64,000 nucleotides of DNA from an uncultured Gemmatimonadales bacterium (GCA_963716255.1 OY970303.1:6240001-6304000); one strand, 5' to 3'. Positions 38,027 through 49,270 are shown, counted from the first letter of the stretch. Notes: generated from the sequence alone by a model not told the origin. Program-made: numbers and translations.

Positions 38027-39166
38027 TCAGAAGTACGACTGGAGACCCCCTGTCCGGCGCACGTCCAGCGTGGCGCAGTGGAAGGAGCCGCCCAGGGCGT
38101 TGAAGCTCCGGAAGGGGCAGGGAATGGGCTCCACTCCCCAGCCCCGCAGCATCTCCTGCAGCTCCGTCTCGTTTTCCTCGACCAGCACGGTCCGCTCGTC
38201 CAGGCTCAGGAGGTTCATGGAGACCCAGGCGCTGCTCATGTACAGCCGCCGGTCGCCGTCGGGATTGGGCCGCGGGGCGAAGCGCACGTCCCAGTCGCGG
38301 AACTGCGGCGGGATCTGGGGAAGGCGCTCCGGGTTGAGGAGCAGCTTCCCCGGCGCGAGGGGGAGCATCGTGGCGTCGATGTGCATGGGGTGCGGGTCGT
38401 CCGGCTCCAGCACGTGCACGGTGTACGCCGAGCCCAGGTGACGGCGCAGCCACTCGATGCCCAGGTCGTTGGTGACGTGGCTGCGCTGGGCGAAGATGTC
38501 ACGCCCGAAGCGCATGAAGTCCGCCGCGTCGAAGGTGGGCTCGTATTCCGTGACCATGTACGGCGGTGCCGACGCCAGGCCGCTCGCCTCCTCGTCCGGC
38601 AGGAACTGCTCGTCGCGCAGGGTGGGGCGGGGCGCGGCGGTCCAGCGCGCCCCCGCCCGGAAGTACTCGGTGAGGAGCGGGCGGAACGCGTGCACCTCGA
38701 AGTACCTGCTCCGCCACGCCATGGGCGCCTCGATGATCTCGTCGCCCACCACCAGCAGGACGTCCCGGGGCATGGCGGCGTACAGCCCGCTGCCGCTCTC
38801 CCAGTCCGGGGTGGTGAAGGGGCGGGAGTACTCGTCGGCCTGCGGGACGCGCACCACCACCCCCTCGCGGTGGAGCCGCTCCGCCAGCGCGTCCAGGTCG
38901 TGCTTCGCGGCGTCGACCACTTCCGCCGGGAAGGGACGGCCGCCGAACTGCTGGAAGAACCCGGCCTGGTCCTCGGGGGTGGTGGCCGCGATCATGGGGC
39001 TCCAGGCGGGCACGTGGGCCCCGTCCGCGATGCCCACGACGACCTCCTCCAGCGGGTCCCACTCGTTGTGCGAGTTCACGACCGGCGCCGGGGTGCGCGC
39101 GTCCGGCCGCGCGGTCGCGGGCGGCCGTGCGGTGGCGGCGGGGGCTGGTGCGGCTGGAAATTCCAT
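38027..39166 (-). CDS. amidinotransferase (arginine:glycine amidinotransferase-like)
   Basis: NEWDPLEEVVVG, MPRD, FDAAD, MHIDAT, GGSFHC with Asp-His-Cys triad residues. Confidence 0.9.
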   Translation of the reverse strand: MEFPAAPAPAATARPPATARPDARTPAPVVNSHNEWDPLEEVVVGIADGAHVPAWSPMIAATTPEDQAGFFQQFGGRPFPAEVVDAAKHDLDALAERLHREGVVVRVPQADEYSRPFTTPDWESGSGLYAAMPRDVLLVVGDEIIEAPMAWRSRYFEVHAFRPLLTEYFRAGARWTAAPRPTLRDEQFLPDEEASGLASAPPYMVTEYEPTFDAADFMRFGRDIFAQRSHVTNDLGIEWLRRHLGSAYTVHVLEPDDPHPMHIDATMLPLAPGKLLLNPERLPQIPPQFRDWDVRFAPRPNPDGDRRLYMSSAWVSMNLLSLDERTVLVEENETELQEMLRGWGVEPIPCPFRSFNALGGSFHCATLDVRRTGGLQSYF

Positions 39167-39496
39167 GGATCACCTTGTGGGCTGGCGGCCGGGCGCCGCG
39201 AGGCGGCGGACGGCGGTTTCGGGTTTTCCCTCAGATCGCTTGTCGGCAGATCGACCGCGCAGTGCGCGACGGTGCTGGTGATCCGCTCTGTGCTCGCTCC
39301 TACGTCGCGTACTTTTCCCGCCACGAGCAAGATAAGGGGAGGGGGCGAGATCGTTCAAGCCTGCAGGTGGCCCGCGCCTGGAGCGGGCGTGGAAATGCGG
39401 GTGGGGCCGGGGCGTAATGTCGCCCCGGCCCCGCCCCACTTCGGTCATGCCGCCTCGACGGGCGGCACCCGCCACCGGCGGCGCCTGGCCGGGTCT

Positions 39497-40366
39497 TCAG
39501 CCCGCTCCGAGGAGCGCCTCGGCGAGCCGGGGGAGCACCTGCCCGAGCGCTGCCTCCACCTTCGCGGCGGCCATCTCGTCGGCGCGGGTGGGGCCCAGGT
39601 TGACGATGCCGATGGGCACCCCCTCCTGCTGCGCCCGGTAGACGAAGCGCCGGCCGGAGTAGACGGTGAGCGACGAGCCCGCCACCAGCAGCACGTCCGC
39701 CTCGGCGAACAGCTCCCACGCATCCGCCACCGTGCCCGCCGGCACGTTCTCGCCGAAGAAGACCACGTCCGGCTTGACCACGCCGCCGCACGCCTCGCAC
39801 CCAGGCACCCGGAAGCTCGCCGGCGCCCACCCCGGCAGCTCCGCGTCCCCGTCCGGCGCGGACTCGGACTCGTCGCCCGCCGTGCCCCGCGCCAGCCGCT
39901 CCGCCCACTCCCCGTTCGCCGCCAGCAGCCGCTCCTGGAAGGCGGCGCGCGGCTCCGCCCGGGCACACGCCAGGCACCGGACCGAGGCGAGCGAGCCGTG
40001 CAGCTCCACCACGCGCCGGCTCCCCGCGGCGTGGTGGAGCCCGTCCACGTTCTGGGTGATGATGCCGCGGACTGCGCCGCCCTCTTCCAGCGCGGCCAGG
40101 GCGCGGTGCGCGGCGTTGGGCCGCGCGGCGGCGACGTGCGTCCATCCCACCGAGCTGCGCGCCCAGTAGCGGGCGCGTCCGGCTTCGCTGCGCACGAATT
40201 CCTGGTACTGCATGGGCTTCCGGGTGCGCATGCTTCCCCCGGGGCCGCGGTAGTCGGGGATCCCCGACTCGGTGCTGCATCCCGCGCCGGCAAGCACCAC
40301 GGCGCGCCGGCGGCGGAGCAGGCCGAGCAGGGCGTCCAGGTCGGGGAGGTCGGACACGACGGTCAT
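39497..40366 (-). CDS. Sir2-family NAD-dependent deacylase (SIRT4-like)
   Basis: [26 protein letters not shown], CxxC...PDGD...Cxx[13 protein letters not shown]. Confidence 0.92.
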   Translation of the reverse strand: MTVVSDLPDLDALLGLLRRRRAVVLAGAGCSTESGIPDYRGPGGSMRTRKPMQYQEFVRSEAGRARYWARSSVGWTHVAAARPNAAHRALAALEEGGAVRGIITQNVDGLHHAAGSRRVVELHGSLASVRCLACARAEPRAAFQERLLAANGEWAERLARGTAGDESESAPDGDAELPGWAPASFRVPGCEACGGVVKPDVVFFGENVPAGTVADAWELFAEADVLLVAGSSLTVYSGRRFVYRAQQEGVPIGIVNLGPTRADEMAAAKVEAALGQVLPRLAEALLGAG

Positions 40367-40567
40367 GGCGCTCGCGTTCTCCAGCCAGGGAAAGGTCGAT
40401 CGGCCCGGGGCCCCGCCCAGTACCCGCCGCCGGAAAGGGCGTTCGCGCGCGGGTCGGGGCGGCGCACGACGGGCAGGGTGCCGCCGCGCGCCGCTCCCGC
40501 TGCCTGACTCTTGCGTGAGGGCCGCCCGAACCGTTCGGCCGCGCCCGCCCCCACCCCCGAGGAAGCC

Positions 40568-40807
40568 ATGTCGGAAAACAGCACCTGGATCGTCGCCGCC
40601 ACCAAGGAGCGTCCGATCGACGACGTCGCGAAGGACCTTGCCGGGATCGGCTTCGAGGTGGAGGACGTCCTCCGTGACGTCGGATGCATCGTGGGGACCG
40701 CCAGCGACGAGGTGGCGGAGGCGGCGGAAAAGGTGCCCGGCGTCGCGGGCATTTCCCGGGACCGGCCCATCCACTTCGGTGGCGCGGGCTCGCCCGGCAC
40801 CGAGTAG
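40568..40807 (+). CDS. small protein resembling a stand-alone subtilisin propeptide/I9-like domain
   Basis: 79 aa; GAGG RBS; GxIVG...KVPGVxxI pattern. Confidence 0.55.
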   Translation: MSENSTWIVAATKERPIDDVAKDLAGIGFEVEDVLRDVGCIVGTASDEVAEAAEKVPGVAGISRDRPIHFGGAGSPGTE

Positions 40808-40971
40808 CGGCGGGCGTCCCGCCCGCCTGCCGGCCGCGCCGGACGGGCGCCCGCGGTCGGGGCGCCCGTCCCGTTCTCCCGCCGGCATCGGCGCCCGCCG
40901 TTGACCCGCCGGCCTCGTCGGCCCATCCTTCCCGCGCACCGACTCCCCGAACCACCGGAAGTGCCGACGCG

Positions 40972-42810
40972 ATGGGATACAAGAGCCTGGAAGCCTGCGT
41001 GCTGGACCTGGAGCGCCACGGGCACCTCGTGCGCATCCGCGGCGAGGTGGACCCGCACCTGGAGATGGCGGCGATCCACCTGCGCGTCTTCGAGCACGGC
41101 GGACCCGCCGTCTTCTACGAGCGGGTCAGGGGCTCGCGCTTTCCGGCGGTGTCCAACCTCTTCGGCACGCTGGAGCGGTCGCGCTTCATCTTCCGGGACA
41201 CGCTGGAGCGGGTCAAGGCGCTGGTGGACCTGAAGTACGACCCCATGCGCGCCCTCCGCAGCCCGCTCCGCTACCTGCCCGCGGCGCGGGTCGCCACCTC
41301 CGCGCTGCCGCTGAGGCGGCGCCGCGGCGCCCCGGTCCTCTTCGGCACGGCGCGCGTGGGCGAGCTGCCGCAGGTGGTCAACTGGCCCATGGACGGCGGG
41401 CCCTTCATCACCCTGCCGCAGGTGTACTCCGAGGACCCGGACCGGCCGGGGGTGATGGGCGCCAACCTGGGGATGTACCGCGTGCAGCTCGCCGGCAACG
41501 AGTACGCGCCGGACCGGGAGGTGGGGCTCCACTACCAGATCCACCGCGGCATCGGCGTGCACCAGGCGAAAGCGAACGCTGCGGGCGAGCCGCTGCGGGT
41601 GAGCATCTTCGTGGGGGGGCCGCCGGCGCACACCCTGGCCGCGGTGATGCCGCTCCCCGAGGGGCTCCCGGAGGTGGTGTTCGCGGGGACGCTGGGGAAC
41701 CGCGCCTTCCGCTACTTCCACGACGAATCGGGGCACTGCGTGTCGGCGGACGCGGACTTCGTCGTCACCGGCACCATCCACCCGCACGAGACAAAGCCGG
41801 AGGGGCCCTTCGGCGACCACCTGGGCTACTACAGCCTGGTGCACCCCTTCCCGGTGATGCGGGTGGAGCGGGTGTACCACCGGAGGAACGCCATCTGGCC
41901 GTTCACGGTGGTGGGGCGGCCGCCGCAGGAGGACACCAGCTTCGGCGCGCTGATCCACGAGATCACCGGGAGCGCCATTCCGCAGGAGATCCCCGGGCTG
42001 CACGCGGTGCACGCGGTGGACGCGGCGGGGGTGCACCCGCTCCTCTTCGCCATCGGCAGCGAGCGCTACACGCCGTACCTCCGGGAGCGCCGCCCGCAGG
42101 AGATCCTGACGCTCGCCAACCACATCCTGGGCAAGAACCAGCTCAGCCTGGCCAAGTACCTGTGGATCTGCGCCCGGGAGGACGACCCGGCGCTGGACAT
42201 CCACGACGTCGGCGCCTTCCTCCGCCACGCGCTGGAGCGGGTGGACCTCGCGCGCGACCTGCACTTCTACACCAACACCACCATCGACACGCTGGACTAC
42301 AGCGGCACGGGGCTCAACGCCGGCTCCAAGCTCGCGGTGGCGGTGGCGGGGGAGCGGCGGCGCGAGCTGTGGCGCGAGCTCCCCGCGGACGTGCGGCTGC
42401 CGCCTCCCTTCGGGCGGCACGCGCAGGTGATGCCCGGGGTGCTGGCGGTGGAGGCGCCGCGCTTCACGAGCCACGCGGAGGCGGAGCGGGAGGTGGGGGC
42501 GCTGGACGAGGCGCTGCGCGGGCGCGACCTGGCGGGGATGCCGCTGCTGGTGATGTGCGACGACGCGGGCTTCACCGCCGCGAACGTGGACAACTTCGTG
42601 TGGGTGGCCTTCACGCGCAGCAACCCGTCGCACGACGTGCACGGCGTGGGCAGCTTCACCGAGCACAAGCACTGGGGGTGCCGCGGCCCGCTGGTCGTGG
42701 ACGCGCGCATCAAGCCGCACCACGCGCCCCCGCTGGAGCGCGCCCCGGCCGTGGAGCGCCGGGTGGACCGGCTGGGGGAGCGGGGCGGTCCGCTCCACGG
42801 CATCATCTAG
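40972..42810 (+). CDS. UbiD-family decarboxylase
   Basis: [32 protein letters not shown]. Confidence 0.92.
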   Translation: MGYKSLEACVLDLERHGHLVRIRGEVDPHLEMAAIHLRVFEHGGPAVFYERVRGSRFPAVSNLFGTLERSRFIFRDTLERVKALVDLKYDPMRALRSPLRYLPAARVATSALPLRRRRGAPVLFGTARVGELPQVVNWPMDGGPFITLPQVYSEDPDRPGVMGANLGMYRVQLAGNEYAPDREVGLHYQIHRGIGVHQAKANAAGEPLRVSIFVGGPPAHTLAAVMPLPEGLPEVVFAGTLGNRAFRYFHDESGHCVSADADFVVTGTIHPHETKPEGPFGDHLGYYSLVHPFPVMRVERVYHRRNAIWPFTVVGRPPQEDTSFGALIHEITGSAIPQEIPGLHAVHAVDAAGVHPLLFAIGSERYTPYLRERRPQEILTLANHILGKNQLSLAKYLWICAREDDPALDIHDVGAFLRHALERVDLARDLHFYTNTTIDTLDYSGTGLNAGSKLAVAVAGERRRELWRELPADVRLPPPFGRHAQVMPGVLAVEAPRFTSHAEAEREVGALDEALRGRDLAGMPLLVMCDDAGFTAANVDNFVWVAFTRSNPSHDVHGVGSFTEHKHWGCRGPLVVDARIKPHHAPPLERAPAVERRVDRLGERGGPLHGII

Positions 42811-43012
42811 GGAGGCGGAACGCCGATGTTGACGGATTCTATCCTGTCTGCCATACTGCTACCATCCTGTCTTCCACCCCGCCATCCAGCAGCGTTCCGG
42901 CGTGGGGCGCGCCTTCCGTTCCGGCGGGCCCACGCGCCGTGATTCCCCCCACGGGCAGCCCTGAAAACGGCGGCCGCGGCGCCGGCCGCGCCCTCCCGCG
43001 GGGGACGAGGCC

Positions 43013-43813
43013 GTGACGGCCCTGGGGCTTGCGCTGGCGGCGCTGGTGGGGCTGACGCTGGGGCTGCTGGGCGGCGGCGGCTCGGTGCTTACCGTGCCCA
43101 TCCTGGTGTACGTGCTGGGCTTCGGGGCGAAGCAGGCGATCGCAATGAGCCTGGGCGTGGTGGGTACGGCGAGCCTGTTCGGTTCTCTCGCCCACTGGCG
43201 GAGCGGGAACGTGGACCTGCGCACGGCGTTTTCCTTCGGGGCGTTCGCCATGTGCGGGGCGTTCCTGGGGGCGCGCCTCGCGGCCTTCGTCAGCGGCCCG
43301 ACGCAGCTCGTGGCGTTCGCGGTGGTGATGGTCCTGGCGGCGCTCTCCATGCTGCGCGGCGGCGGGGCCGTGGCGGAGGCAGACGCGGGGCCGCGCGCAC
43401 CGCCGCTCCTGACGCTGGGGATCGTGGGCGCGGGCGTGGGTGCGCTCACCGGGCTGGTGGGCGTGGGCGGCGGGTTCCTGATCGTCCCGGCGCTGGTGCT
43501 GCTGGCGCGGGTCCCCATGCGGCAGGCGGTGGGCACCAGCCTCCTCGTGATCGCCATGAACTCTGCGGCGGGCTTAAGCGGCTACCTGGGGAAGGTGGAG
43601 GTGCCGTGGGGATTCATGGCGGCCTTCACGGCGGTGGCGGTGGGGGGAATCGTGGTGGGCGCCCGCCTGGTGCGGCACGTGCCGCAGGCGGCGCTGAAGC
43701 GCGGCTTCGCCGTGTTCCTGCTGGTGATGGGCGGCGTCATCCTCTTCCAGAACCGCGGTGCCATCCTCCCCGGCGGGTCGCCGCCGGAGGCCGGGAAGCC
43801 CGCGGAGCACTGA
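43013..43813 (+). CDS. TauE/SafE sulfite-exporter family protein
   Basis: GLLGGGGSVLTVP and GLVGVGGGFLIVP repeats; AVGTSL. Confidence 0.92.
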   Translation: MTALGLALAALVGLTLGLLGGGGSVLTVPILVYVLGFGAKQAIAMSLGVVGTASLFGSLAHWRSGNVDLRTAFSFGAFAMCGAFLGARLAAFVSGPTQLVAFAVVMVLAALSMLRGGGAVAEADAGPRAPPLLTLGIVGAGVGALTGLVGVGGGFLIVPALVLLARVPMRQAVGTSLLVIAMNSAAGLSGYLGKVEVPWGFMAAFTAVAVGGIVVGARLVRHVPQAALKRGFAVFLLVMGGVILFQNRGAILPGGSPPEAGKPAEH

Positions 43814-43833
43814 CGGCAACGACGGAGAGCGAG

Positions 43834-45288
43834 ATGATCCTGAAGCGGTTCTACGACGACAAGCTGGCGCAGGCGAGCTACCTGGTGGGATGCGCCGCCA
43901 CCGGCGACGCGCTGGTGGTGGATCCCAACCGCGACGTGGAGCCGTACGTCCGCGCCGCCCGGGCGGAGGGGGTGAGGATCACCCACGTGACCGAGACGCA
44001 CATCCACGCGGACTTCGTTTCCGGCGCCCGCGAGCTGGCGGCGCGCACCGGGGCGAGGCTCCTCCTCTCGGACGAGGGCGGCGACGGCTGGAGGTACGCC
44101 TACGCCGCGGAGGACGGGGCGACGCTGCTCCGGGGCGGCGACACCTTTCGCGTGGGCAACATCCGCATCGACGTGCTCCACACGCCGGGGCACACCCCGG
44201 AGCACCTGAGCTTCCTGGTGACGGACACGGCGGGCGCGACGCTCCCCATCGGGGTGCTGACCGGCGACTTCGTGTTCGTGGGCGACGTGGGCCGTCCCGA
44301 CCTGCTGGAAAGGGCCGCGAAGGTGGCGGGGACCATGGAGGCGGGGGCGCGCACCCTCTTCCGCAGCCTCCAGGAGTTCAAGCGGCAGCCGGACTACCTG
44401 CAGGTGTGGCCGGGGCACGGCGCCGGCTCGGCGTGCGGCAAGGGGCTGAGCGCGATCCCGCACAGCACGGTGGGCTACGAGCGGATGTTCAACCGGGCGC
44501 TCGCCGTGCAGGACGAGGACGAGTTCGTCCGGGAGGTGCTCGCGGGCCAGCCGGAGCCGCCCCGGTACTTCGCGGAGATGAAGCGCGTCAACCGGGAGGG
44601 TCCGCGGGTGCTGGGCGGGCTCCCCCGTCCGCAGCGCCTCGCCGAGGCGCGGCTCCCCGGGCTGCTGGAGGAGGGCGCGCTGGTGGTGGACGCGAGGAGC
44701 GCGGCGGCGTTCGCGGCCGGGCACGTGCCCGGGACGATCAGCGTGCCGCTGAACCGCGCCTTCACCACCTGGGCGGGGTGGCTCGTTCCCCCCGACCGCG
44801 ACTTCTACCTGCTGATGGACGACGCGGGGCCGCAGGCGGTGGACGAGGCGGTGCGCGACCTGGCGATGATCGGGCTGGACCGGGTGGCCGGCTGGTTCGG
44901 CGCCGGGGCGGTGGGCGCCTGGGCGGCGGAGGGTCGCGAGCTGCAGACGGTGCCGCAGATCACCAGCGCCGAGCTGGCGGAGCGCCTGCGCGACGGGAGC
45001 GTCGCGGTGCTGGACGTGCGCGGGGCGGCGGAGTGGGAGGCGGGGCACCTGCCGGGGGTGGAGAACATCCCCGTGGGGTACCTGGCCGACCGCCTGGACG
45101 AGGTCCCGCGCGACCGGCCGCTGGTGCTCCAGTGCCAGGCCGGGGCGCGCTCCGCAATCGCGGCCGGCGTGCTCCAGGCGAAGGGCTTCCGCAACGTGGT
45201 GAACCTGGTGGGGGGCTACGCCGACTGGCAGGCGGGCGGGCACCCGGTGGAGCGCGGGGCGGCGGAGGCGGTGCCGGCGGGCGGCTGA
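43834..45288 (+). CDS. MBL-fold persulfide dioxygenase fused to two rhodanese domains (CstB-like)
   Basis: ETHIHADFVSG, TPGHTPEH, GDVGRPDL, PGHGAGSACGK, CQAGARS. Confidence 0.92.
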   Translation: MILKRFYDDKLAQASYLVGCAATGDALVVDPNRDVEPYVRAARAEGVRITHVTETHIHADFVSGARELAARTGARLLLSDEGGDGWRYAYAAEDGATLLRGGDTFRVGNIRIDVLHTPGHTPEHLSFLVTDTAGATLPIGVLTGDFVFVGDVGRPDLLERAAKVAGTMEAGARTLFRSLQEFKRQPDYLQVWPGHGAGSACGKGLSAIPHSTVGYERMFNRALAVQDEDEFVREVLAGQPEPPRYFAEMKRVNREGPRVLGGLPRPQRLAEARLPGLLEEGALVVDARSAAAFAAGHVPGTISVPLNRAFTTWAGWLVPPDRDFYLLMDDAGPQAVDEAVRDLAMIGLDRVAGWFGAGAVGAWAAEGRELQTVPQITSAELAERLRDGSVAVLDVRGAAEWEAGHLPGVENIPVGYLADRLDEVPRDRPLVLQCQAGARSAIAAGVLQAKGFRNVVNLVGGYADWQAGGHPVERGAAEAVPAGG

Positions 45289-45403
45289 GCGAGCTGCCGG
45301 CCCGGCGGACTCCCGGCGGTGCCGGGTGCGGGCGTCCACGCGAGTGGGCGCCCGCGCTCGCTTGCAGACGCTGCGGTGCGCCCCCGGCGGCACTTCGCGC
45401 CCG

Positions 45404-45430
45404 TGTCGATTTCGCGCGGTCCCGTTCGAC
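45404..45430 (+). promoter_or_regulatory. ECF42-type promoter, copy 1
   Basis: TGTCGAT-N12-CGTTCGAC upstream of a DGPF gene. Confidence 0.8.
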
Positions 45431-45516
45431 GTGTGTGCAGAGCCGCGATGCACCCCGGCCGCGACGGTCCGGAAGCCGGGCTCCCGACCCGAAAACCCAG
45501 TTCAGGAGAAGCGACG

Positions 45517-45951
45517 ATGCGATTCATGGTCCTGGTCAAGGCGAGCGCGGATTCCGAGGCCGGCGTGCTCCCCAGCGAGGAGCTGCTCGCCGAAATGGGC
45601 AGGTACAACGAGGAGCTGGTGAAGGCGGGCGTGATGGTCGCGGGTGAGGGGCTGCACGCCAGCTCGAAGGGTGCGCGCGTCCGCTTCTCGGGGAGCGAGC
45701 GGACGGTGGTCGACGGCCCCTTCGCCGAGACCAAGGAGCTGATCGCCGGCTTCTGGATCTTCCAGGTGAAGTCGCTGGAGGAAGCGATCGAGTGGGTCAA
45801 GCGCGCCCCCAACCCCATGCCCGGCACGGAAAGCGAGATCGAGATCCGCCAGGTGTTCGACGCCGAGGACTTCGCCCCCGTCGACCCCACGGGCGAGCTG
45901 CGGGCGGCGGAGGAGCGCCTGCGCGCGCAGGCGGCGCAGCAGCAGGGGTAG
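45517..45951 (+). CDS. YciI/DGPF-family protein
   Basis: DGPFAETKELIAGFW. Confidence 0.92.
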   Translation: MRFMVLVKASADSEAGVLPSEELLAEMGRYNEELVKAGVMVAGEGLHASSKGARVRFSGSERTVVDGPFAETKELIAGFWIFQVKSLEEAIEWVKRAPNPMPGTESEIEIRQVFDAEDFAPVDPTGELRAAEERLRAQAAQQQG

Positions 45952-45965
45952 CACCGACACGGCGA

Positions 45966-46087
45966 CCCCCCTCCCCCCGGCCCCCTCCCCCGCAAGGGGG
46001 GAGGGGGAGAACGACCATGCTGCGGTACGGGCAGCCCTCCCTCGCTTGCGGGGGAGGGTGGCGAGCCTCAAGCGAGCCGGGTGGGGG
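45966..46087. repeat. REP-like palindrome doublet
   Basis: CCCCCTCCCCCGCAAGGGGGGAGGGGG and an oppositely oriented CCCTCCCTCGCTTGCGGGGGAGGG. Confidence 0.7.
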
Positions 46088-46092
46088 CCCCC

Positions 46093-46248
46093 CGCGGACG
46101 CCAGCGCGAGCCCCGCGTGAGGGATTCCGGCCCGAAGGGGCGAGACCGCGCGGCTGTTTGCGCGGGCTCGACTCCGTTAGCCCGCGTCGTTTGCGGGCTT
46201 ACGGAGCCGAAGCCCGACCCCGGCGCCAGCCGGGGTCACGCCCAACCC
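46093..46248 (+). repeat. structured intergenic repeat, copy 2
   Basis: Near-identical to 37849-38004. Confidence 0.9.
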
Positions 46249-46281
46249 TGCCGTAGCCGTAAGCAGTCGCCGTTCAAAACC

Positions 46282-47535
46282 TCACCGCTGCGGCGCGATC
46301 CTCCACAGCTCCCCGTTGTCCGCGTCCGTGACCACGTACAGCGCGCCATCAACCCCCTGGCGCACGTCCCGGATCCGCTGCCCGCGGTCGGCGAGCAGGT
46401 GCTCCTCGCCGGTCACCCGGTTGCCCGAGATCTCCAGCCGCACCAGCCGCGTGGACGCCAGCCCGCCCACGAACAGGCTCCCTCGCCACGCCGGGAACGC
46501 GCTGCCGGTGTAGAACTGCGCGCCCGACGGCGCGATCACCGGGTCCCAGTAGTAGACCGGCTGCTCGGTGCCGGGCTTCGTGGTCGTCGCGGTGCCGGCG
46601 GCCGAGCTGATGGTGCCCCCCTGGTACTCGATGCCGTACGCGGCCACCGGCCAGCCGTAGTTCTTGCCTTTCTCCACGCGGTTCAGCTCGTCGCCGCCGC
46701 GCGTGCCGTGCTCGATGGTCCAGAAGCGGCCCTGCGCGTCGAAGGCGGCGGCCTGGATGTTCCGGTGCCCCAGCGACCAGGTTTCCGGTAGCGCGCCGGC
46801 GCGCCCCACGAACGGGTTGTCGCGGGGCACGGAGCCGTCGGGGCGAACGCGCAGCGTCTTGCCCAGGTGGCTGCCGAGCTCCTGCGCCTGGGGACGCGTC
46901 TCGCGGTCGGAGCGCTCGCCCATGGTGACGTACAGCATGCCGTCCGGCCCGAAGGCGAGCCGCGAGCCGTAGTGCATGTTGTTGGAGTACGTGGGCCGGG
47001 TCCGCAGGATCACGCGCACGCTGTCCAGCCGGGTGCGGTCGCGGGAAAGCACGCCGCGCGCGACGCTGGTGCCGTTGCCGCCCTGGCGCGGCTCGGTGAA
47101 GCTCCAGAAGACGGTGCGGTCGGTGGCGAAGCGCGGGCTGAGCGCCACGTCCAGCAGCCCGCCCTGGCCGCGCGCGTCCACGGCGGGGAGCCCGGCGATG
47201 GGCGCGCCCAGCTGGCCGGCGGCGGAAACGATGCGCAGCCGGCCCGGCTTCTCGGTGACCAGGAAGGCGCCGTCGGGAAGGGGCTCCACCGCCCACGGCT
47301 TCTGGAGCCCGCGCGCGACCACCGTAACGCCGAAGGCGACGCTGGAGCGGACGCCGCACGCGCGGGTCTGCCCCGGGAACGCCGGCCGCTGGCCGACTCC
47401 GTTGGCCGGGCGCGTTTCCAGCGGCGTGCAGCGGGCGCCCTGGGCCTGGGCGCGGGCCGGGGCGGGCTCCGCGAGCGCCGCGAGGAGGGTACAGGCGACG
47501 AGCGGCACGGCGAGAACGAGTCTGGTTGGGCGCAT
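46282..47535 (-). CDS. PQQ-dependent sugar dehydrogenase (GSDH family)
   Basis: Signal peptide; GQGGLLDV, HYGSRLAFGPDG, GHRNIQ, EHGTRGGDELN, NYGWP. Confidence 0.9.
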   Translation of the reverse strand: MRPTRLVLAVPLVACTLLAALAEPAPARAQAQGARCTPLETRPANGVGQRPAFPGQTRACGVRSSVAFGVTVVARGLQKPWAVEPLPDGAFLVTEKPGRLRIVSAAGQLGAPIAGLPAVDARGQGGLLDVALSPRFATDRTVFWSFTEPRQGGNGTSVARGVLSRDRTRLDSVRVILRTRPTYSNNMHYGSRLAFGPDGMLYVTMGERSDRETRPQAQELGSHLGKTLRVRPDGSVPRDNPFVGRAGALPETWSLGHRNIQAAAFDAQGRFWTIEHGTRGGDELNRVEKGKNYGWPVAAYGIEYQGGTISSAAGTATTTKPGTEQPVYYWDPVIAPSGAQFYTGSAFPAWRGSLFVGGLASTRLVRLEISGNRVTGEEHLLADRGQRIRDVRQGVDGALYVVTDADNGELWRIAPQR

Positions 47536-47730
47536 GGGTCCGTCCATGGGATCCTGGAAGGGTGGGTCCGTGGAGATGCGGTCTCCGGGCGAACGCCCTG
47601 CCGCTGCAAGAAACGGTGCGGGCTGGCGGTTCGCGGCCGGGAGCCGCAGAATAGGCGGGAGCGGCGCCCACCGCGGCGCGGGACCGTCCGGCGCCGACCC
47701 CCGACCCGAGAGCCAGGAGGACTCGCGACG

Positions 47731-48114
47731 ATGCGATTCATGATCATGTTCAAGGCCGACGCGGACACCGAGGCGGCCGCCCCCGCGTGCATCGCGCTCC
47801 CCGAGATGGGGCGCTTCATCGAGGAGCTGAGGTCCGACGGGGTGCTCCTGGGGACCGAGGGGCTCAAGCCCAGCGCGTACAACGGGGCGCGCCTGCAGCG
47901 CTCCGCGGGAAGGATCACGGTGACCGACGGGCCCTTCGCCGAGGCCAAGGAGCTGGTCGCCGGCTTCGTGCTGGTGGAGGTGCCGTCCCGGGACGCGGCG
48001 GTGGAGCTGGCGGAGCGCTTCCTGGAGGTGGCGGGCGAGGGCTCGGCCGAGGTCCGCGAGGCGTTCGAGTCGCCGCACGCGATCGCCGACTACCTCGCCT
48101 CCGCCGTGGCGTAG
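47731..48114 (+). CDS. YciI/DGPF-family protein
   Basis: TDGPFAEAKELVAGF; AGGAGG RBS. Confidence 0.9.
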   Translation: MRFMIMFKADADTEAAAPACIALPEMGRFIEELRSDGVLLGTEGLKPSAYNGARLQRSAGRITVTDGPFAEAKELVAGFVLVEVPSRDAAVELAERFLEVAGEGSAEVREAFESPHAIADYLASAVA

Positions 48115-48225
48115 CGGCGGCGCGCGGGGCAGGGCAGCGGTGCACGCGAGCCGCCGGGGCGCACCGCTCCGGCGGCTCCGTGTTCGGGGGCCGCGGGCGC
48201 CGCCCGGATCGCGCCGCCGCGGGCG

Positions 48226-48252
48226 TGTCGATTTCCGCGGGGCCCGTTCGAC
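48226..48252 (+). promoter_or_regulatory. ECF42-type promoter, copy 2
   Basis: TGTCGAT-N12-CGTTCGAC. Confidence 0.8.
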
Positions 48253-48313
48253 GTACGTGCAGGGAGAGCGATCCACCGGCGGGACTTCACCGCGACCACG
48301 AGGAGGGAGGGCC

Positions 48314-48751
48314 ATGCGCTTCATGATCATCCGCAAGGCGGACGCCGAGACCGAGGCCGGGATGATGCCGACCGGGGAGCTGGTCGACGCCATGATGAAG
48401 TACAACGCGGAGATGGTGGACGCCGGGATCATGCTCGCCGGCGACGGGCTGCAGCCCAGCTCCCGGGGCGCCCGCGTCAAGTTCTCCGGCGGCCGGCCGA
48501 TGGTGACGGACGGACCCTTCGCCGAGGCAAAGGAGCTGGTCGCCGGCTACTCCGTCATCGACGTGCAGTCGCGGGAAGAGGCGATCGAGTGGGTGAAGCG
48601 CTGGCCCCAGGTCGACGGCCACGGCGAGGTGGAGATCGAGATCCGCCCGCTGTACGAGGCGGACGACTTCGGGGAAGAGTTCACGACCCGGATCCGGGAG
48701 CAGGACGAGCACATGCGCGCGCGGGCGGCGGAGCTGCACCCGCCGTCGTGA
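48314..48751 (+). CDS. YciI/DGPF-family protein
   Basis: TDGPFAEAKELVAGY. Confidence 0.92.
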   Translation: MRFMIIRKADAETEAGMMPTGELVDAMMKYNAEMVDAGIMLAGDGLQPSSRGARVKFSGGRPMVTDGPFAEAKELVAGYSVIDVQSREEAIEWVKRWPQVDGHGEVEIEIRPLYEADDFGEEFTTRIREQDEHMRARAAELHPPS

Positions 48752-48767
48752 CGCGATCCGGCCGGCG

Positions 48768-48794
48768 TGTCGATTCCGCCGGGCCCCGTTCGAC
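48768..48794 (+). promoter_or_regulatory. ECF42-type promoter, copy 3
   Basis: TGTCGAT-N12-CGTTCGAC. Confidence 0.8.
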
Positions 48795-48847
48795 GTAGCT
48801 GTAGAGAGCCCGACCGAACCCCAGAACCCCAGCCGAGAGACACGACG

Positions 48848-49270
48848 ATGCGATTCATGATCCTGGTCAAGGCGAACGCGGACTCCGAGGCCGGCACCCT
48901 CCCCAGCACCGAGGAGCTCGCCGAGATGGGCCGGTACAACGAGGAGCTGGTGAAGGCGGGCGTGATGCTCGCCGGCGAGGGACTGCACTCCAGCTCGAAG
49001 GGGGCGCGCGTGAAGTTCTCCGGCAGCGAGCGCACGGTGGTCGACGGGCCCTTCGCGGAGACCAAGGAGCTGCTCGCGGGCTTCTGGCTGATCCAGGTGA
49101 AGTCCAGGGAGGAGGCCGTCGAGTGGGTGCGGCGCATCCCCTTCCGGGAGGGCGAGGTCGAGATCCGCCAGGTGGCCGAGGCGGCGGACTTCGCGCCGAG
49201 CGACCCCACGGGCGAGCTCATGGCGGCGGAGGAGCGGCTGCGCGCGCAGGTCGCCGCGCAGCAGGCGTAG
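48848..49270 (+). CDS. YciI/DGPF-family protein, close paralog of 45517..45951
   Basis: DGPFAETKELLAGFW. Confidence 0.92.
   Translation: MRFMILVKANADSEAGTLPSTEELAEMGRYNEELVKAGVMLAGEGLHSSSKGARVKFSGSERTVVDGPFAETKELLAGFWLIQVKSREEAVEWVRRIPFREGEVEIRQVAEAADFAPSDPTGELMAAEERLRAQVAAQQA

Noticed and set aside
39497..40366. Sir2 as an anti-phage effector
   Set aside because: It is a stand-alone Zn-binding sirtuin in host-like context, outside the island.
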